A stretch of DNA of 64,000 nt from Mycobacteriales bacterium (GTDB taxonomy: Bacteria; Actinomycetota; Actinomycetes; Mycobacteriales; SCTD01): NCBI GenBank assembly GCA_046593925.1, contig JBKJQN010000082.1, positions 126 through 64,125 of the forward strand, written 5' to 3'. Position numbers and translations under genes: made by a program. Positions 14,942-24,836 of the stretch are shown here, in pieces. Below the pieces are notes generated by a model. The model searched no databases and was not told the origin of the DNA. It saw only the letters and a list, made by a program, of their open reading frames with translations. Each line of letters starts with the position of its first letter. Position 1 is the first letter of the stretch.

Positions 14942-15784
14942 GTGCCCTCCCCCGACCTCTCGCACCCCGCGATCGACGCTGTCCTGGCGACCGCGGCGAG
15001 CCTGCTCGGCATGGAGGTCGTTTTCATCGGCGGCTTGACCGACGAGACCTTCACGTTCGAGCGTGTCCACGCCAATGCCGATTGGACCGGTGTCGACGAG
15101 GGCGGCGGCTCCTCGCGGGCAGACAGCCTCTGCGCCCGGATGCTCGACGGCGGCCCGGGCGCGACCTCTGACGCCGCAGCGGAGCCGGCCTTCGCCGACT
15201 CGCCGGTCCGCGCTGCCCTCGGCATCACCTCCTACGTCGGCGTTCCGGTGCGCGACGCGGCCGGGCACGTGGTGGCGACGCTGTGCGGCATCGACCGGGG
15301 CAGCGTCGACATCAACCAGCAGTCCATCCAGGTGCTCACCGAGCTGGCCGAGGTCGTCGCGGCCCACCTCGGGCCGCTCACCGAGCAGGGCGTGACGATC
15401 CGCCGGAGCGCAGAGGGCGGCTGGGAGGTCGGTGGTGAGCGGACCGGCGACCTGACCAGCGCGATGGTGCTGGCGGACCTGCTGGCGAGCGAGGTCGACC
15501 CTGGTGGCCGGCCGCGCCGGCCCGACCAGCCCCTGGACGAGGTCGGCCAGCTCCGGCTGTCAATCGTCCAGCTCGAGCACGCGCTCGCCGCCCGGGTGGT
15601 CGTGGAGCAGGCCATCGGCGTGCTCACCGAGCGCCAGCACCACTCGCCGCGCGAGGCGTTCGAGCGGCTGCGCAAGGTCGCCCGCTCGCGGGGCCGCAAG
15701 GTCCACGACCTGGCCCGGGAGGTCGTGATGTCCTCGACGGACCCGGCTGTTCCGCTGCCGCCCGAGCTTGCCGGCCGCCGCTGA
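14942..15784 (+). CDS. GAF and ANTAR domain-containing RNA-binding regulator
   Basis: It has an N-terminal GAF-like region and a C-terminal ANTAR (LEHALAARVVVEQAIGVLTERQHHSPREAFERLRKVARSRGRKVHDLAREVV). Confidence 0.8.
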   Translation: MPSPDLSHPAIDAVLATAASLLGMEVVFIGGLTDETFTFERVHANADWTGVDEGGGSSRADSLCARMLDGGPGATSDAAAEPAFADSPVRAALGITSYVGVPVRDAAGHVVATLCGIDRGSVDINQQSIQVLTELAEVVAAHLGPLTEQGVTIRRSAEGGWEVGGERTGDLTSAMVLADLLASEVDPGGRPRRPDQPLDEVGQLRLSIVQLEHALAARVVVEQAIGVLTERQHHSPREAFERLRKVARSRGRKVHDLAREVVMSSTDPAVPLPPELAGRR

Positions 15785-15813
15785 GCTCGTTCTCGGCCCG
15801 GTCGCCGCAGGGG

Positions 15814-16377
15814 TTGGCCGGCGACCTGGTCGAGCTGGTCGAGCTTCTCCCCGACCCGGCCCGGGTGCTCATCGACGGCCTGGGCGGGGGGTCGATCGCC
15901 GACGCCATGGTGGCCGGTCTGGTTGCTGCCGGCCGTACGCCGTGCAGGGTGCGCGGCGAGGACTACCTGCGACCGGCCGGCGAGCGCTTTGCCTACGGCC
16001 GTGAGGACCCGGACGCGTTCCGCGAGGGATGGCTCGACGTGGGGGCGCTGCGCCGCGAGGTTCTGCAAGCCGACGGGAGGTGGCTGCCGGCCTTGCGCGA
16101 CGCCGGCAGCGACCGCTCCGCACGCCTGCAGCGGCTGTCGCTGCCCGCGCGGTCTGTTCTGCTCGTCGATGGCCTGTTCCTGCTCGGCCGGGACCTGCCG
16201 GCCGAGCTGAGCGTGCACGTCGCGCTGTCGCCGGCCGCGCTGGTGCGCCGGGGCGTGCCGTCGTGGCAGCTGCCGGCTTTCGCGACGTACGACACCCTGG
16301 TGGAGCCCGGCGCGCTGTGCGACGTACTGGTCCGCGCGGAGGACCCGCTCCGGCCGGCCGTTCAGATCCGGCGGTAG
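15814..16377 (+). CDS. uridine-kinase/P-loop-kinase-like protein with degenerate Walker A
   Basis: It starts at TTG. LIDGLGGGSIADAMV replaces the usual GxxGxGKS/T motif. LLVDGLFLLGRDL is kinase-fold-like. Confidence 0.5.
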   Translation: MAGDLVELVELLPDPARVLIDGLGGGSIADAMVAGLVAAGRTPCRVRGEDYLRPAGERFAYGREDPDAFREGWLDVGALRREVLQADGRWLPALRDAGSDRSARLQRLSLPARSVLLVDGLFLLGRDLPAELSVHVALSPAALVRRGVPSWQLPAFATYDTLVEPGALCDVLVRAEDPLRPAVQIRR

Positions 16378-16526
16378 ACAAGCGAAGCGCCTACGCGGGA
16401 ACGGCGACCGCGATCAGGAGGACTTCGGACCCCCAGCTGAGCGACGCCACCGACCCGATCGTGCAGGTGCACACCAGCACGATCTGCGTGCCGGCCCTGC
16501 ACATCTTGTAGGGCGACGTCCCCACC

Positions 16527-16817
16527 GTGGCCGAGGGTTGCCATCCTGAACACCAGGCGCCGTCGTCGAGGTCGGCTCGGCGGTGTGGGCGCCGGCGCCA
16601 GGGGGTGGCGTCCGCGGCGCTCGCCGGTGCCCTGGACCTGATCGGTGGCCTCGGCGCAGGGGTCGTCGAGGGCTACCCCGAGGACGCCGGCTGCGTACCC
16701 TCCGGCTTTCTCTACGATGGCGCACTTTCAACGTACGAGAAACTGGGGTTCACGCGGGACCGCAAGATCGGCAAGCACCGCTGGGTGGTGGCCAGGACCG
16801 TCGAGCCTCGTTCGTAG
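16527..16817 (+). pseudogene. GNAT acetyltransferase C-terminal remnant
   Basis: Only the C-terminal half is present: RRQGVASAALAGALDLIGGLGAGVVEGYPED...YEKLGFTRDRKIGKHRWVVART. The upstream 150 bp has stops in frame and visibly lower GC. A possible extra fragment (AVWA) lies in another frame. Confidence 0.45.
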
Positions 16818-16822
16818 CCGGG

Positions 16823-17713
16823 TCAGGGCCCCGCCGGACCCTCCGCCACCCAGTCGGTGATCAGCCGGTGGGCGATGGACACCGGCGGGGGCAGCAGCAC
16901 CGGACCGGGGCCACCCTCCCAGCCACCGGCATCTCGTAGCTGGTCCCGGGTGAACCAGCCGGCGTCCGCCAGCTCGCCGTCCTGCGGCACCGGCTCGGCG
17001 TCCGGGTCGCAGACCGCGCGGTAGCCCAGCATCAGGCTGGCCGGGAAAGGCCACGGCTGGCTGCCGCGGTAGACGACCTGCCGTACGGCGATGCCGGCCT
17101 CCTCGGCGACCTCGCGGACGACAGCCTGCTCGGCACTTTCCCCCGGCTCGACGAAGCCCGCCAGCGTCGAGTAGCGCCGCGGCGGCCAGATGCTCGCGCG
17201 CCCCAGCACGGCCCGGTCGGCGCCGTCGGTGACCAGCACGATGACGGCGGGGTCGGTGCGCGGGAAGTGCGTACTGCCGTCGCCCTCGCAGACCCGTACG
17301 GCGCCGCCCCTCTTGCTCCACGTGGGCGCCCCGCAGCGCGGGCAGCGGGGGTGGGTGGCGTGCCAGTTGGCGAGCCCGACGGCATGGGTCAGCAGGCCGG
17401 CGTCGCGGTCGTCGAGCACCGCCCCGATCTCGCGCAGCCCCTGGGCTGTCGTACCGAGCCGGTGCGACAGCGGCCCGGTCACCGCGAAGTAGGCCTGACC
17501 GTCCTCGCTGCCCAGGTAGAGCCGGTCACTGCCGGCGGGCGCGTCAGCGGCTCCGACGAACACCAGCGAGGTGCCGTCGACGAGCGCCCGGCCGTCGTCG
17601 AGCAGCAGCACCCTGGCCTGCGCCCAGGCGCGCTCCAGCGCAGCGTCGTCCTCGCGGGTGGCCGCGTCGCGGTCGACGGTCGAGCGCGACAGCGTCGGGC
17701 GGCTGTCGCTCAA
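16823..17713 (-). CDS. nudC: NAD(+) diphosphatase NudC
   Basis: It has a zinc ribbon (CPRCGAPT...VCEGDGSTHFPRTDP) and a Nudix box (GFVEPGESAEQAVVREVAEEAGI). Confidence 0.9.
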   Translation of the reverse strand: MSDSRPTLSRSTVDRDAATREDDAALERAWAQARVLLLDDGRALVDGTSLVFVGAADAPAGSDRLYLGSEDGQAYFAVTGPLSHRLGTTAQGLREIGAVLDDRDAGLLTHAVGLANWHATHPRCPRCGAPTWSKRGGAVRVCEGDGSTHFPRTDPAVIVLVTDGADRAVLGRASIWPPRRYSTLAGFVEPGESAEQAVVREVAEEAGIAVRQVVYRGSQPWPFPASLMLGYRAVCDPDAEPVPQDGELADAGWFTRDQLRDAGGWEGGPGPVLLPPPVSIAHRLITDWVAEGPAGP

Positions 17714-19041
17714 GAGGTGACGCAGGGCAGTACCCGCGCCGTCGGCCCCGCCACCTGTGCCCTGTCACCGACCAGCACCGTGGTGAGCCGGGTCGGTGCC
17801 AGGTACCTGGCGGCCACCTCGAGCACGTCTTCGATGGTGACCGAGGCCAGTGCCTTCGGTGCGTCCCGGAGCCAGTGGATGCCCAGGCCGGCGGCCGTCA
17901 ACGTCGACAACGTGCTCGCCAGGCCGGCCTGGGTCGCGGTCGACAGCGCCAGCGACCCCACCGCGTACCGACGGGCCTGGTCCAGCTCGCCCTGCGCCAC
18001 CGGAACGGTAGAAATGCGGCCCAGCTCGTACCAGGTCTCCACGAGCGCAGGCGCCGTGGCGGCGGTGGACACGTCGGTCGCGAGCGTCACGCGGGAACCG
18101 GCCGGCGGGTGGTCGACGCCGGCGTGCGGGCTGTAGGTATATCCCTTGTCCTCACGGATGTTGGCGACCCAGCGGGAGGAGAAATAGCCGCCGAACACCA
18201 GGTTGGCCAGCGTGAACGCGGCATGGTCGGGGTGCGTGCGGCTGGGCGCGCTGCCCGACATCCGGATGGTCGTCTGCACGGCCCCGGGCCGGTCGATCAG
18301 GAGCGCCGGCCCACCCGGTGGCTCGGGCAGCGGGGGCGCCACGGCGGCGGCCCCCTTGGCCGTCCAGGCAGCCAACGAGTGCTCGACGAGGTCCAGGGTG
18401 CGCGCCGGCGACAGGTCCCCGACGAGCACCAGCACGCTGCCCTCGGGGGCGACCCGCTTGGCGTGCAGGCCACGCAGTGCCGAGGCCTTGACAGCCTGGA
18501 CCGCCTTGCCGGACGGCAACTCGCGGCCGTACGGGTGGCTGCCGTACATCCTGCTCAGCAGCGCCTCGCGGGCGACGACCCCAGCCTGGCTGCGGTAGAT
18601 CACCAGCTCCTGCACGAGCCGCTCGCGCTCACCCTGCACCTCGTCCTTGGGGTAGGAGGCACTGCTCAGCACCTCGCCGATCAGCCCGAGCAGCGCCGGC
18701 AGCCCGCCCGCCAGCACCGAACCGCCCAGCCCCAGCCGGTCGCTGTCGATGCTGGCGGACAGCGAGCCGCCCAGGGCCTGCAGGTCAGCGGCGAGCTGGC
18801 CGGCGGTGCGCCGGTCGGTGCCGGACAGCAGGGTGTCGCCGAGCAGCTGGGCCTTTGCGACGTGGTCGACGCCCTTGCCGGAGAACGGCACCCGCAGGCG
18901 CAGCTCGACCAGTGGCACCCCGGTGCGGCGGACCGCGAGCACCCGCAACCCACTGTCCAGGGTGCGTTCGGCGACGATCGGCAGCCGCGCCTTGCGGGCG
19001 GCTCCGAGCGCCGGGACGGGGCGCGCCAGGGGGGTGCTCAC
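17710..19041 (-). CDS. M16-family (pitrilysin-like) peptidase, non-catalytic subunit type
   Basis: The 443-aa ORF has an insulinase fold and no HxxEH. It overlaps the upstream M16 gene by 4 nt. Confidence 0.8.
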   Translation of the reverse strand: MSTPLARPVPALGAARKARLPIVAERTLDSGLRVLAVRRTGVPLVELRLRVPFSGKGVDHVAKAQLLGDTLLSGTDRRTAGQLAADLQALGGSLSASIDSDRLGLGGSVLAGGLPALLGLIGEVLSSASYPKDEVQGERERLVQELVIYRSQAGVVAREALLSRMYGSHPYGRELPSGKAVQAVKASALRGLHAKRVAPEGSVLVLVGDLSPARTLDLVEHSLAAWTAKGAAAVAPPLPEPPGGPALLIDRPGAVQTTIRMSGSAPSRTHPDHAAFTLANLVFGGYFSSRWVANIREDKGYTYSPHAGVDHPPAGSRVTLATDVSTAATAPALVETWYELGRISTVPVAQGELDQARRYAVGSLALSTATQAGLASTLSTLTAAGLGIHWLRDAPKALASVTIEDVLEVAARYLAPTRLTTVLVGDRAQVAGPTARVLPCVTS

Positions 19042-20345
19042 GCGGCGTCTCCGGGCTGGATCTCCAGGACGGCGCGGTCGCCGACCAACGTCGCCGCGGC
19101 TGCTTGGACCGCCTGGGCCGACACGGTCGCAAGCAGGCCGGGCAGCTCGTTGACCAGCTCGGCGCGGCTGCGCTGCTGTTCGAACACGGTCATCACCTGC
19201 GCCCGGCCCATGACCGAGTCCACCTCGCGCAGGTAGCGGGCCTGCATCCGGGCGACGGTGCGCTCCAGCTCGCCGGGCTGCAGGCCACCGGTCGCGAGCC
19301 GGTCGAGCTCCTCGTCGACGCTCGCGATCAGCGTGTCGGCGGCGACCTCAGGCGGGTGGTGCAGCTCGAGCAGGAACGGCGTCGGGTCACGGGCATCGAG
19401 CGGGTCGCCCATCACGCCGAGATAGCCGCCGACGCTCGTCGCGGTGCGGTCCTTCATCAGCAGCCGGTCCTGCAGGCGGCTCGCGTCGCCGTCGGTGAGC
19501 ACCTCGGCCAGCACGACGTACGGCAGATAGCCGGCCAGGTCGGCCGGGTCCGGGACCCGCCAGGCCATCGAGACGGCGGGGGCCGGCGCCAGCCGGTCGA
19601 CATGGACCACCCGGTGCTCGCCGGCCGGTCCGGGCTCGGCGAAGCTAGGCCGCGCGGGCACCGACCTGGCCTCGATGTCACCGAAGTGCCGCTCGGCGAG
19701 TCGCAGGACGTCTGCGACGTCGACGTCGCCGGCAACGGTCAACACCGCGTTGCCAGGCGCGTAGTAGCGGTCGAAGAAAGCCTGCGCGTCGGCGAGCGTC
19801 GCGTCCTCGAGGTCGACGAAGTCGCCGTAGCCGTTGTGCGCGTTGGCGAACGTCGCGTACAGCACCGGCGGCAGCAGGATCCAGGGGAAGCCGCCGTACG
19901 GCCGGTTGAGCACGTTGACCCGGATCTCGTTCTGGACGACGGCGACCTGGTTGTCCAGGTTGTCCTGGGTGAGGGCGACGCTGCGCATGCGGTCGGCTTC
20001 CAGGAACATCGCCAGCTCGGTGGCGCTACTCGGCAACAGCTCGAAGTAGTTGGTGTAGTCCAGGTGCGTCGAGCCGTTCAGCGTGCCGCCGCTGCCCTGC
20101 ACGTACGTGAAGTGCTCGGTCTTGCCCAGGCTCGCCGAACCCTGGAACATCAGGTGCTCAAACAGGTGCGCAAAACCTGTGCGGCCTTCGGGCTCGCTGC
20201 GGATACCGACGTCGTAGTAGACAGCGACGGCCACGACCGGGCTGCTGCGGTCCGGCGACACCACCACCCGCAGACCGTTGCCGAGCGTCGCGCGCTCCAC
20301 GTCGTAGGACAGGACGGGGGCGCTGGTGCGGGGGCGGGGCGGCAC
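19038..20345 (-). CDS. M16-family zinc metallopeptidase (catalytic type)
   Basis: It carries the HxxEH motif in GFAHLFEHLMFQGS. Confidence 0.85.
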   Translation of the reverse strand: MPPRPRTSAPVLSYDVERATLGNGLRVVVSPDRSSPVVAVAVYYDVGIRSEPEGRTGFAHLFEHLMFQGSASLGKTEHFTYVQGSGGTLNGSTHLDYTNYFELLPSSATELAMFLEADRMRSVALTQDNLDNQVAVVQNEIRVNVLNRPYGGFPWILLPPVLYATFANAHNGYGDFVDLEDATLADAQAFFDRYYAPGNAVLTVAGDVDVADVLRLAERHFGDIEARSVPARPSFAEPGPAGEHRVVHVDRLAPAPAVSMAWRVPDPADLAGYLPYVVLAEVLTDGDASRLQDRLLMKDRTATSVGGYLGVMGDPLDARDPTPFLLELHHPPEVAADTLIASVDEELDRLATGGLQPGELERTVARMQARYLREVDSVMGRAQVMTVFEQQRSRAELVNELPGLLATVSAQAVQAAAATLVGDRAVLEIQPGDAA

Positions 20346-20560
20346 GTGGCGACGCTAGTACGACCCATCGACAGCCGCGGCCTGAGCTGCGCGTACGCCG
20401 GCGGCCGGATGCCGCACCGAGCCGAGGTGTCCGGGGCGTCAGATGCCAGCCCCGACCACCTCGAGGGTGCGCTCGATCACGGCTTCCCGGTCGGCCGCCG
20501 CCGCGGTGGCCCTGGTCGTGGTCGCGCAGGCACGCGAGCTCGAACCGGCCGGGCTGCTCG

Positions 20561-21418
20561 TCACAGCCAACCGTCCCGGGCGTCATGGAGGTACTGCGCC
20601 AGCGGAGTGGCCGGGCGACCCAGGACGCCGGCCACCTCCGGGGTCACGCGCCGCGCGAGGCCTAGCCGCGTCGTCAGGTCGATGACCAGCTGCACGTTCG
20701 CGTACGCCGGCTCCGCGCCGGACGCGAGCAGCTCGCGACGGTGCTCCCACAGGCCTTGGCTGACGTAGGCGACCGGGCGACCGAGCTCGGCCGCGAGCAG
20801 GGCCGCCGCCTGGTCGAAGGTGAGTGCGGCCGGGCCGGTCAGGGTCAGAGCTGCCGGCTGGGGCGACGTCTGGGTCAGCAGCACGGCGGCGACCGCCGAG
20901 ACGTCGCGCGCGTCCACGAACGACACCTTCCCGTTGCCGGCGCCAAGCCGGAGCTCCGAATGCTCCCGCAGCTCCTTACCGAACGCCGTCAGCAGGTTCT
21001 GCGCGAAGTAGGCCGGCCGCAGGGCGGTCGACGGCAGACCGGCCTGGCGCACCATTCGCTCCAGCCGCCAGTGCGGCAGTGCGGGGTTGACGCCCATCAC
21101 GGACAGCACGACGACCTGCCGGACGCCGGCTGCCCTGGCCGCGTCGACAAGCGGTCCGAGTGCGGCACGGACGTCGCTGATCGCCGGCGGTCGCATCAGG
21201 AACAGCCGGTCCACGCCCGCCAGCGCCGGCGCGGCCGTGCGGGCGTCGCCGAAGTCGAGGCGGACGACCTCGGCCCCGGTCGTGAGGCCGGCGCTGTCGG
21301 GGTCTCGTACGCCCGCCCGCACGTGCTCCCCAGCCGCCAGCAGTGCGGTGACCAGCGGCCGTCCGACAGTGCCGGTGGCGCCGGTCACCAGGACCGCGTC
21401 GCCCGACCGCTGCGTCAT
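20561..21418 (-). CDS. NmrA-family NAD(P)-binding protein
   Basis: ATG at 21418 follows GGGGGAAAGG. The product starts MTQRSGDAVLVTGATGTVGRPLV. The upstream 44 codons of the track ORF are unlikely to be coding. Confidence 0.8.
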   Translation of the reverse strand: MTQRSGDAVLVTGATGTVGRPLVTALLAAGEHVRAGVRDPDSAGLTTGAEVVRLDFGDARTAAPALAGVDRLFLMRPPAISDVRAALGPLVDAARAAGVRQVVVLSVMGVNPALPHWRLERMVRQAGLPSTALRPAYFAQNLLTAFGKELREHSELRLGAGNGKVSFVDARDVSAVAAVLLTQTSPQPAALTLTGPAALTFDQAAALLAAELGRPVAYVSQGLWEHRRELLASGAEPAYANVQLVIDLTTRLGLARRVTPEVAGVLGRPATPLAQYLHDARDGWL

Positions 21419-21569
21419 GGCGCCCTTTCCCCCGTCGGACAAGAGTGGACCGGACGCCGCCCGGGGCGCCAGGGCACGTGGTCCTGCCTGCCCTCCGTCG
21501 ACGGGCGTACTTGTCGCTTCGTGCACACTCCGGGACGCACCTTCCGACAAGCAGGCGCACCCCGAACCG

Positions 21570-22025
21570 CTAGCGCGTCAGCCAGACGTCGGGGTCGGCC
21601 GCCATCTCACGGACGTTGTCCGGTAGCCGGCCGTTGGCGATGTCGTCGACGGTGACGTGCTCGAGCACACCGCGGATGCTGGCCCGGACGGCCATCCAGA
21701 CGACCTGCAGGTCCTGCGCCACGCCCTGGTACGTCACGGCCTCGGGCGGACCGCCGCGGACCTCGGCGAGCGGCCCGTCGACGGCCCGGATGATGTCCGC
21801 GACGGTGATCTCGGAGGCGGGCCGGGCCAACCAGTAGCCGCCCTCCGCGCCGCGGCGGCTGACGACCAGACCGGCCTGCCGCAGCGAGCTGAGGATCGCC
21901 TCGAGGAACTTGGCCGGGATGTGCTGGTCGTCGGCGACCGACTCGCCCTTGGTGGGCCCAGCGCCCGCCGCGGCCAGGACCACGCAGGCCCGTACCGCGT
22001 AGTCCGACCTCGCCGAGATGTGCAT
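21570..22025 (-). CDS. Rrf2-family transcriptional regulator
   Basis: The product starts MHISARSDYAVRACVVLA and includes IPAKFLEAILSSLRQAGLVVSRRGAEGGYWLARP. Confidence 0.9.
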   Translation of the reverse strand: MHISARSDYAVRACVVLAAAGAGPTKGESVADDQHIPAKFLEAILSSLRQAGLVVSRRGAEGGYWLARPASEITVADIIRAVDGPLAEVRGGPPEAVTYQGVAQDLQVVWMAVRASIRGVLEHVTVDDIANGRLPDNVREMAADPDVWLTR

Positions 22026-22055
22026 GCAACAGAGCGTGCCAGGCGTCGCTACCGG

Positions 22056-23708
22056 TCAGCCGCCGGGGAGGGCCCGCGCCAGCACCCCGTCGACGTCGAC
22101 CGCTCGCGGCAGCGTGCCGTACGCCTGCCCCGAGTCGCCGGCCAGCCGGCTCGCGCAGAAGGCGTCCGCGACGGCGGCCGGCGCGTGTCGTACGAGCAGC
22201 GAGCCCTGCAGCACCAGGGCCATCCGCTCGACCAGCCGTCGGGCCCGCAGCTCCGGGTCCGCATGATCGGCCAGCTCCGCCTGCAGCGAGCACGCCGCCG
22301 TGTCCAGCCGTGAATCGACACCCGCCGCGAGCCCCACCTCGGCGGTGAACGCCTCGAGCGCCCCGGGCTCGCGGCCGAGCGCCCGCAGCACATCGAGCGC
22401 CTGGACGTTGCCCGAGCCCTCCCAGATGCCGTTGAGCGGCGCCTCACGGTAGAGCCGCGGCAGCCCGGACTCCTCGACGTAACCGTTGCCACCCAGGCAC
22501 TCCAGGGCCTCGGCGACGAAGCCGGGCTGGCGCTTGCACACCCAGTACTTGCCGACCGCGGTCGCGATCCGTGCGAACGCGTGCTCCTGCCTGTCGCCCC
22601 GGGCGGCCCGGTCGACGGCGCCGGCCAGCCGCAGCATCAGCGTCGTCGCGGCCTCGGACTCGACAGCAAGATCAGCCAGGACGTTGCGCATCAGCGGCTG
22701 GTCGACCAGCAGCCCGCCGAACACCGACCGGTACCGGGCGTGATGCGCGGCCTGCAGGAACGCCTGACGCATCCCGGCGCTGCTGCCGATCACGCAGTCC
22801 AGCCGGGTCATCGCGACCATCTCGATGATGGTCCGGACGCCGCGGCCCTCCTCCCCCACCAGCCACGCGACGGTGCCGTCGAACTCCAGCTCGGCCGAGG
22901 CATTGCTGCGGTTGCCGAGCTTGTCCTTCAGCCGCTGGATGCGGAAGGCGTTACGGGCGCCGTCGGGCAGCACCCGCGGCAGCAGGAAACACGACAGGCC
23001 GCCGGGCGCCTGCGCGAGGACGAGGAACAGGTCGCACATCGGCGCGCTGGTGAACCACTTGTGGCCGCGCAGGAGCCAGCTGCCGTCGCCGGCGGGGGTG
23101 GCCGTCGTGGAGTTGGCGCGTACGTCGGAGCCGCCCTGCTTCTCCGTCATTCCCATGCCCGCAAGCAGCCCGCGCTTGGTTGATGGCGTCCGCAGCCCCG
23201 GGTCGTACACCCGGCTGGTGAGCAGCGGCTCGTGCGCCGCCGCCAGGTCGGGCTGGCGGCGCAGCGCCGGCACCACGGCGTACGTCATCGAGATCGGGCA
23301 GCCGTGGCCGGCCTCGACCTGCCCCCAGGTGTAGGAGGTCGCCGCACGCGCCACGTGCGCCCCCGGGCGCGGATCGGCCCACGGCGCGCCGGCGAGGCCC
23401 TCCGCGACGGCGGTCGCCATCAGCCGGTGCCACGACGGGTGGAACTCCACCTCGTCGATGCGGTGGCCGTACCGGTCGTGCGTACGCAGCACCGGCTCGA
23501 CCCGGTTGGCCTGCTCGCCCCAGCGCTGCGCTTCCTCGGTCCCGGCCAGCCGCCCGACCCGGTGCAGGTCGACCGCGTGCCAACCGGCGCCCTCGCGGAC
23601 CAGGCCCGCCAGCAGCGCTGGGTCCTCGGCGACGTCATGTCCCACCAACGGTGGCACCTGGTTGGTGACCTCGTGCGTCGCGGACCCGGGCGGCAGCAGC
23701 GTGGTCAT
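22056..23708 (-). CDS. acyl-CoA dehydrogenase family protein (AidB-like)
   Basis: The 550-aa ORF has GMGMTEKQGGSDV and GGNGYVEESGLPRLYREAPLNGIWEGSGN. Confidence 0.85.
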   Translation of the reverse strand: MTTLLPPGSATHEVTNQVPPLVGHDVAEDPALLAGLVREGAGWHAVDLHRVGRLAGTEEAQRWGEQANRVEPVLRTHDRYGHRIDEVEFHPSWHRLMATAVAEGLAGAPWADPRPGAHVARAATSYTWGQVEAGHGCPISMTYAVVPALRRQPDLAAAHEPLLTSRVYDPGLRTPSTKRGLLAGMGMTEKQGGSDVRANSTTATPAGDGSWLLRGHKWFTSAPMCDLFLVLAQAPGGLSCFLLPRVLPDGARNAFRIQRLKDKLGNRSNASAELEFDGTVAWLVGEEGRGVRTIIEMVAMTRLDCVIGSSAGMRQAFLQAAHHARYRSVFGGLLVDQPLMRNVLADLAVESEAATTLMLRLAGAVDRAARGDRQEHAFARIATAVGKYWVCKRQPGFVAEALECLGGNGYVEESGLPRLYREAPLNGIWEGSGNVQALDVLRALGREPGALEAFTAEVGLAAGVDSRLDTAACSLQAELADHADPELRARRLVERMALVLQGSLLVRHAPAAVADAFCASRLAGDSGQAYGTLPRAVDVDGVLARALPGG

Positions 23709-23762
23709 GGTCCCGAGTGTGCGCCAGCCCGGCCGCCGCCCCTGGACGACCGGGCCCGCGCG

Positions 23763-24755
23763 CTACTTCGTCAGCACCCGCTCGGCGTCGTCGGACCCGT
23801 CCTGCGGCTCGTCCGCCTCGTCCGGCGCGGGCTGTCGCAGGCTGAGCACCATGCTCGCCGTCAACACCAGGATGATCACGCCGAGGCTGGCGAGCGACGG
23901 GATCTCCGGGATGGCGGTGCTGATCGTCTTGTGGGCGGCCTGCAGCACCAGCTTGACGCCGATGAAGGCCAGGATGATCGCGAGGCCCTTGGACAGCAGG
24001 TGGAACTTCTCCAGCAGGCCGGCCAGCAGGAAGTACAGCGCCCGCAGGCCCAGGATCGCGAACGCGTTGCTGGAGTAGACGATGAACGGGTCGTTGCTGA
24101 CCGCCAGGACCGCGGGCACGCTGTCGACGGCGAACACCAGGTCGGCGGCCTCGATGGCGACCACGACCGCGAGCAGCGGGGTGGCGATGCGCTTGCCCGC
24201 CTCCTTGACGAAGAAGTGCGTACCGGCGTACTCGTCCCGGACCGGCACCACCTTGCGGAGCAGGCGGACGGCCAAGCTCTTGCCGGGGTCATAGCTGTCG
24301 TCGTCGTCCTTGAGCAGCTTGTAGGCGCTGTAGAGCAGCACGGCTGCAAAGACGAACAACACCGCGGTGAACTTCGTGACAATCGCGACGCCGGCCGCCA
24401 GGAAGATCCCGCGGAACACCAGCGCGCCGATCACACCGAAGAAAAGCACCCGGTGCTGGTACTCCCGAGGAACCTTGAAGTAACCGAAGATCAGCGCGAA
24501 GACGAACAGGTTGTCCACCGACAGGCTCTTCTCGAGCAGCCAGGCCGTCGTGAACTCCACGCCGGCGTTCGCGCCGAGGGTGACACCGACGGTGACGGCG
24601 AAGACCAGCGACAGCCCCACCCACAGGGCGCTCCACCACGCGGCCTCCTTGAAGCCGATGACGTGGGCGCCGCGGTGGGCGAGCAGGTCGATCGTGAGCA
24701 TGACCAGGATGACGGCGGCGAACGCCGCCCAGGCCCAGAGCGGGACGTCGAGCAC
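23763..24755 (-). CDS. TerC-family integral membrane protein
   Basis: The 330-aa polytopic ORF has EKSLSVDNLFVFALIF and DSVPAVLAVSNDPFIVYSSNAFAILGLRALYF. Confidence 0.9.
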   Translation of the reverse strand: MLDVPLWAWAAFAAVILVMLTIDLLAHRGAHVIGFKEAAWWSALWVGLSLVFAVTVGVTLGANAGVEFTTAWLLEKSLSVDNLFVFALIFGYFKVPREYQHRVLFFGVIGALVFRGIFLAAGVAIVTKFTAVLFVFAAVLLYSAYKLLKDDDDSYDPGKSLAVRLLRKVVPVRDEYAGTHFFVKEAGKRIATPLLAVVVAIEAADLVFAVDSVPAVLAVSNDPFIVYSSNAFAILGLRALYFLLAGLLEKFHLLSKGLAIILAFIGVKLVLQAAHKTISTAIPEIPSLASLGVIILVLTASMVLSLRQPAPDEADEPQDGSDDAERVLTK

Positions 24756-24836
24756 GGGAGTTCTCCTCGGATCAGCGGGTGTCCCGTTCAGGATGTCCGG
24801 TTGACACGGTTCTCACAGGAGCTGTGGCCGGACGAG

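Noticed and set aside
20440-20560. Short minus-strand coding-like fragment ending ...ADREAVIERTLEVVGAGI* downstream of the NmrA gene
   Set aside because: It is too short and spans two frames, with no recognisable family or start. It is possibly another relic but is not supportable as a feature.
24756-24836. yybP-ykoY (Mn) riboswitch upstream of the TerC-family gene
   Set aside because: The spacer is only 81 bp. Neither it nor the adjacent PucR 3' end contains the conserved GGGGAGUAG / UUGACAUA cores.
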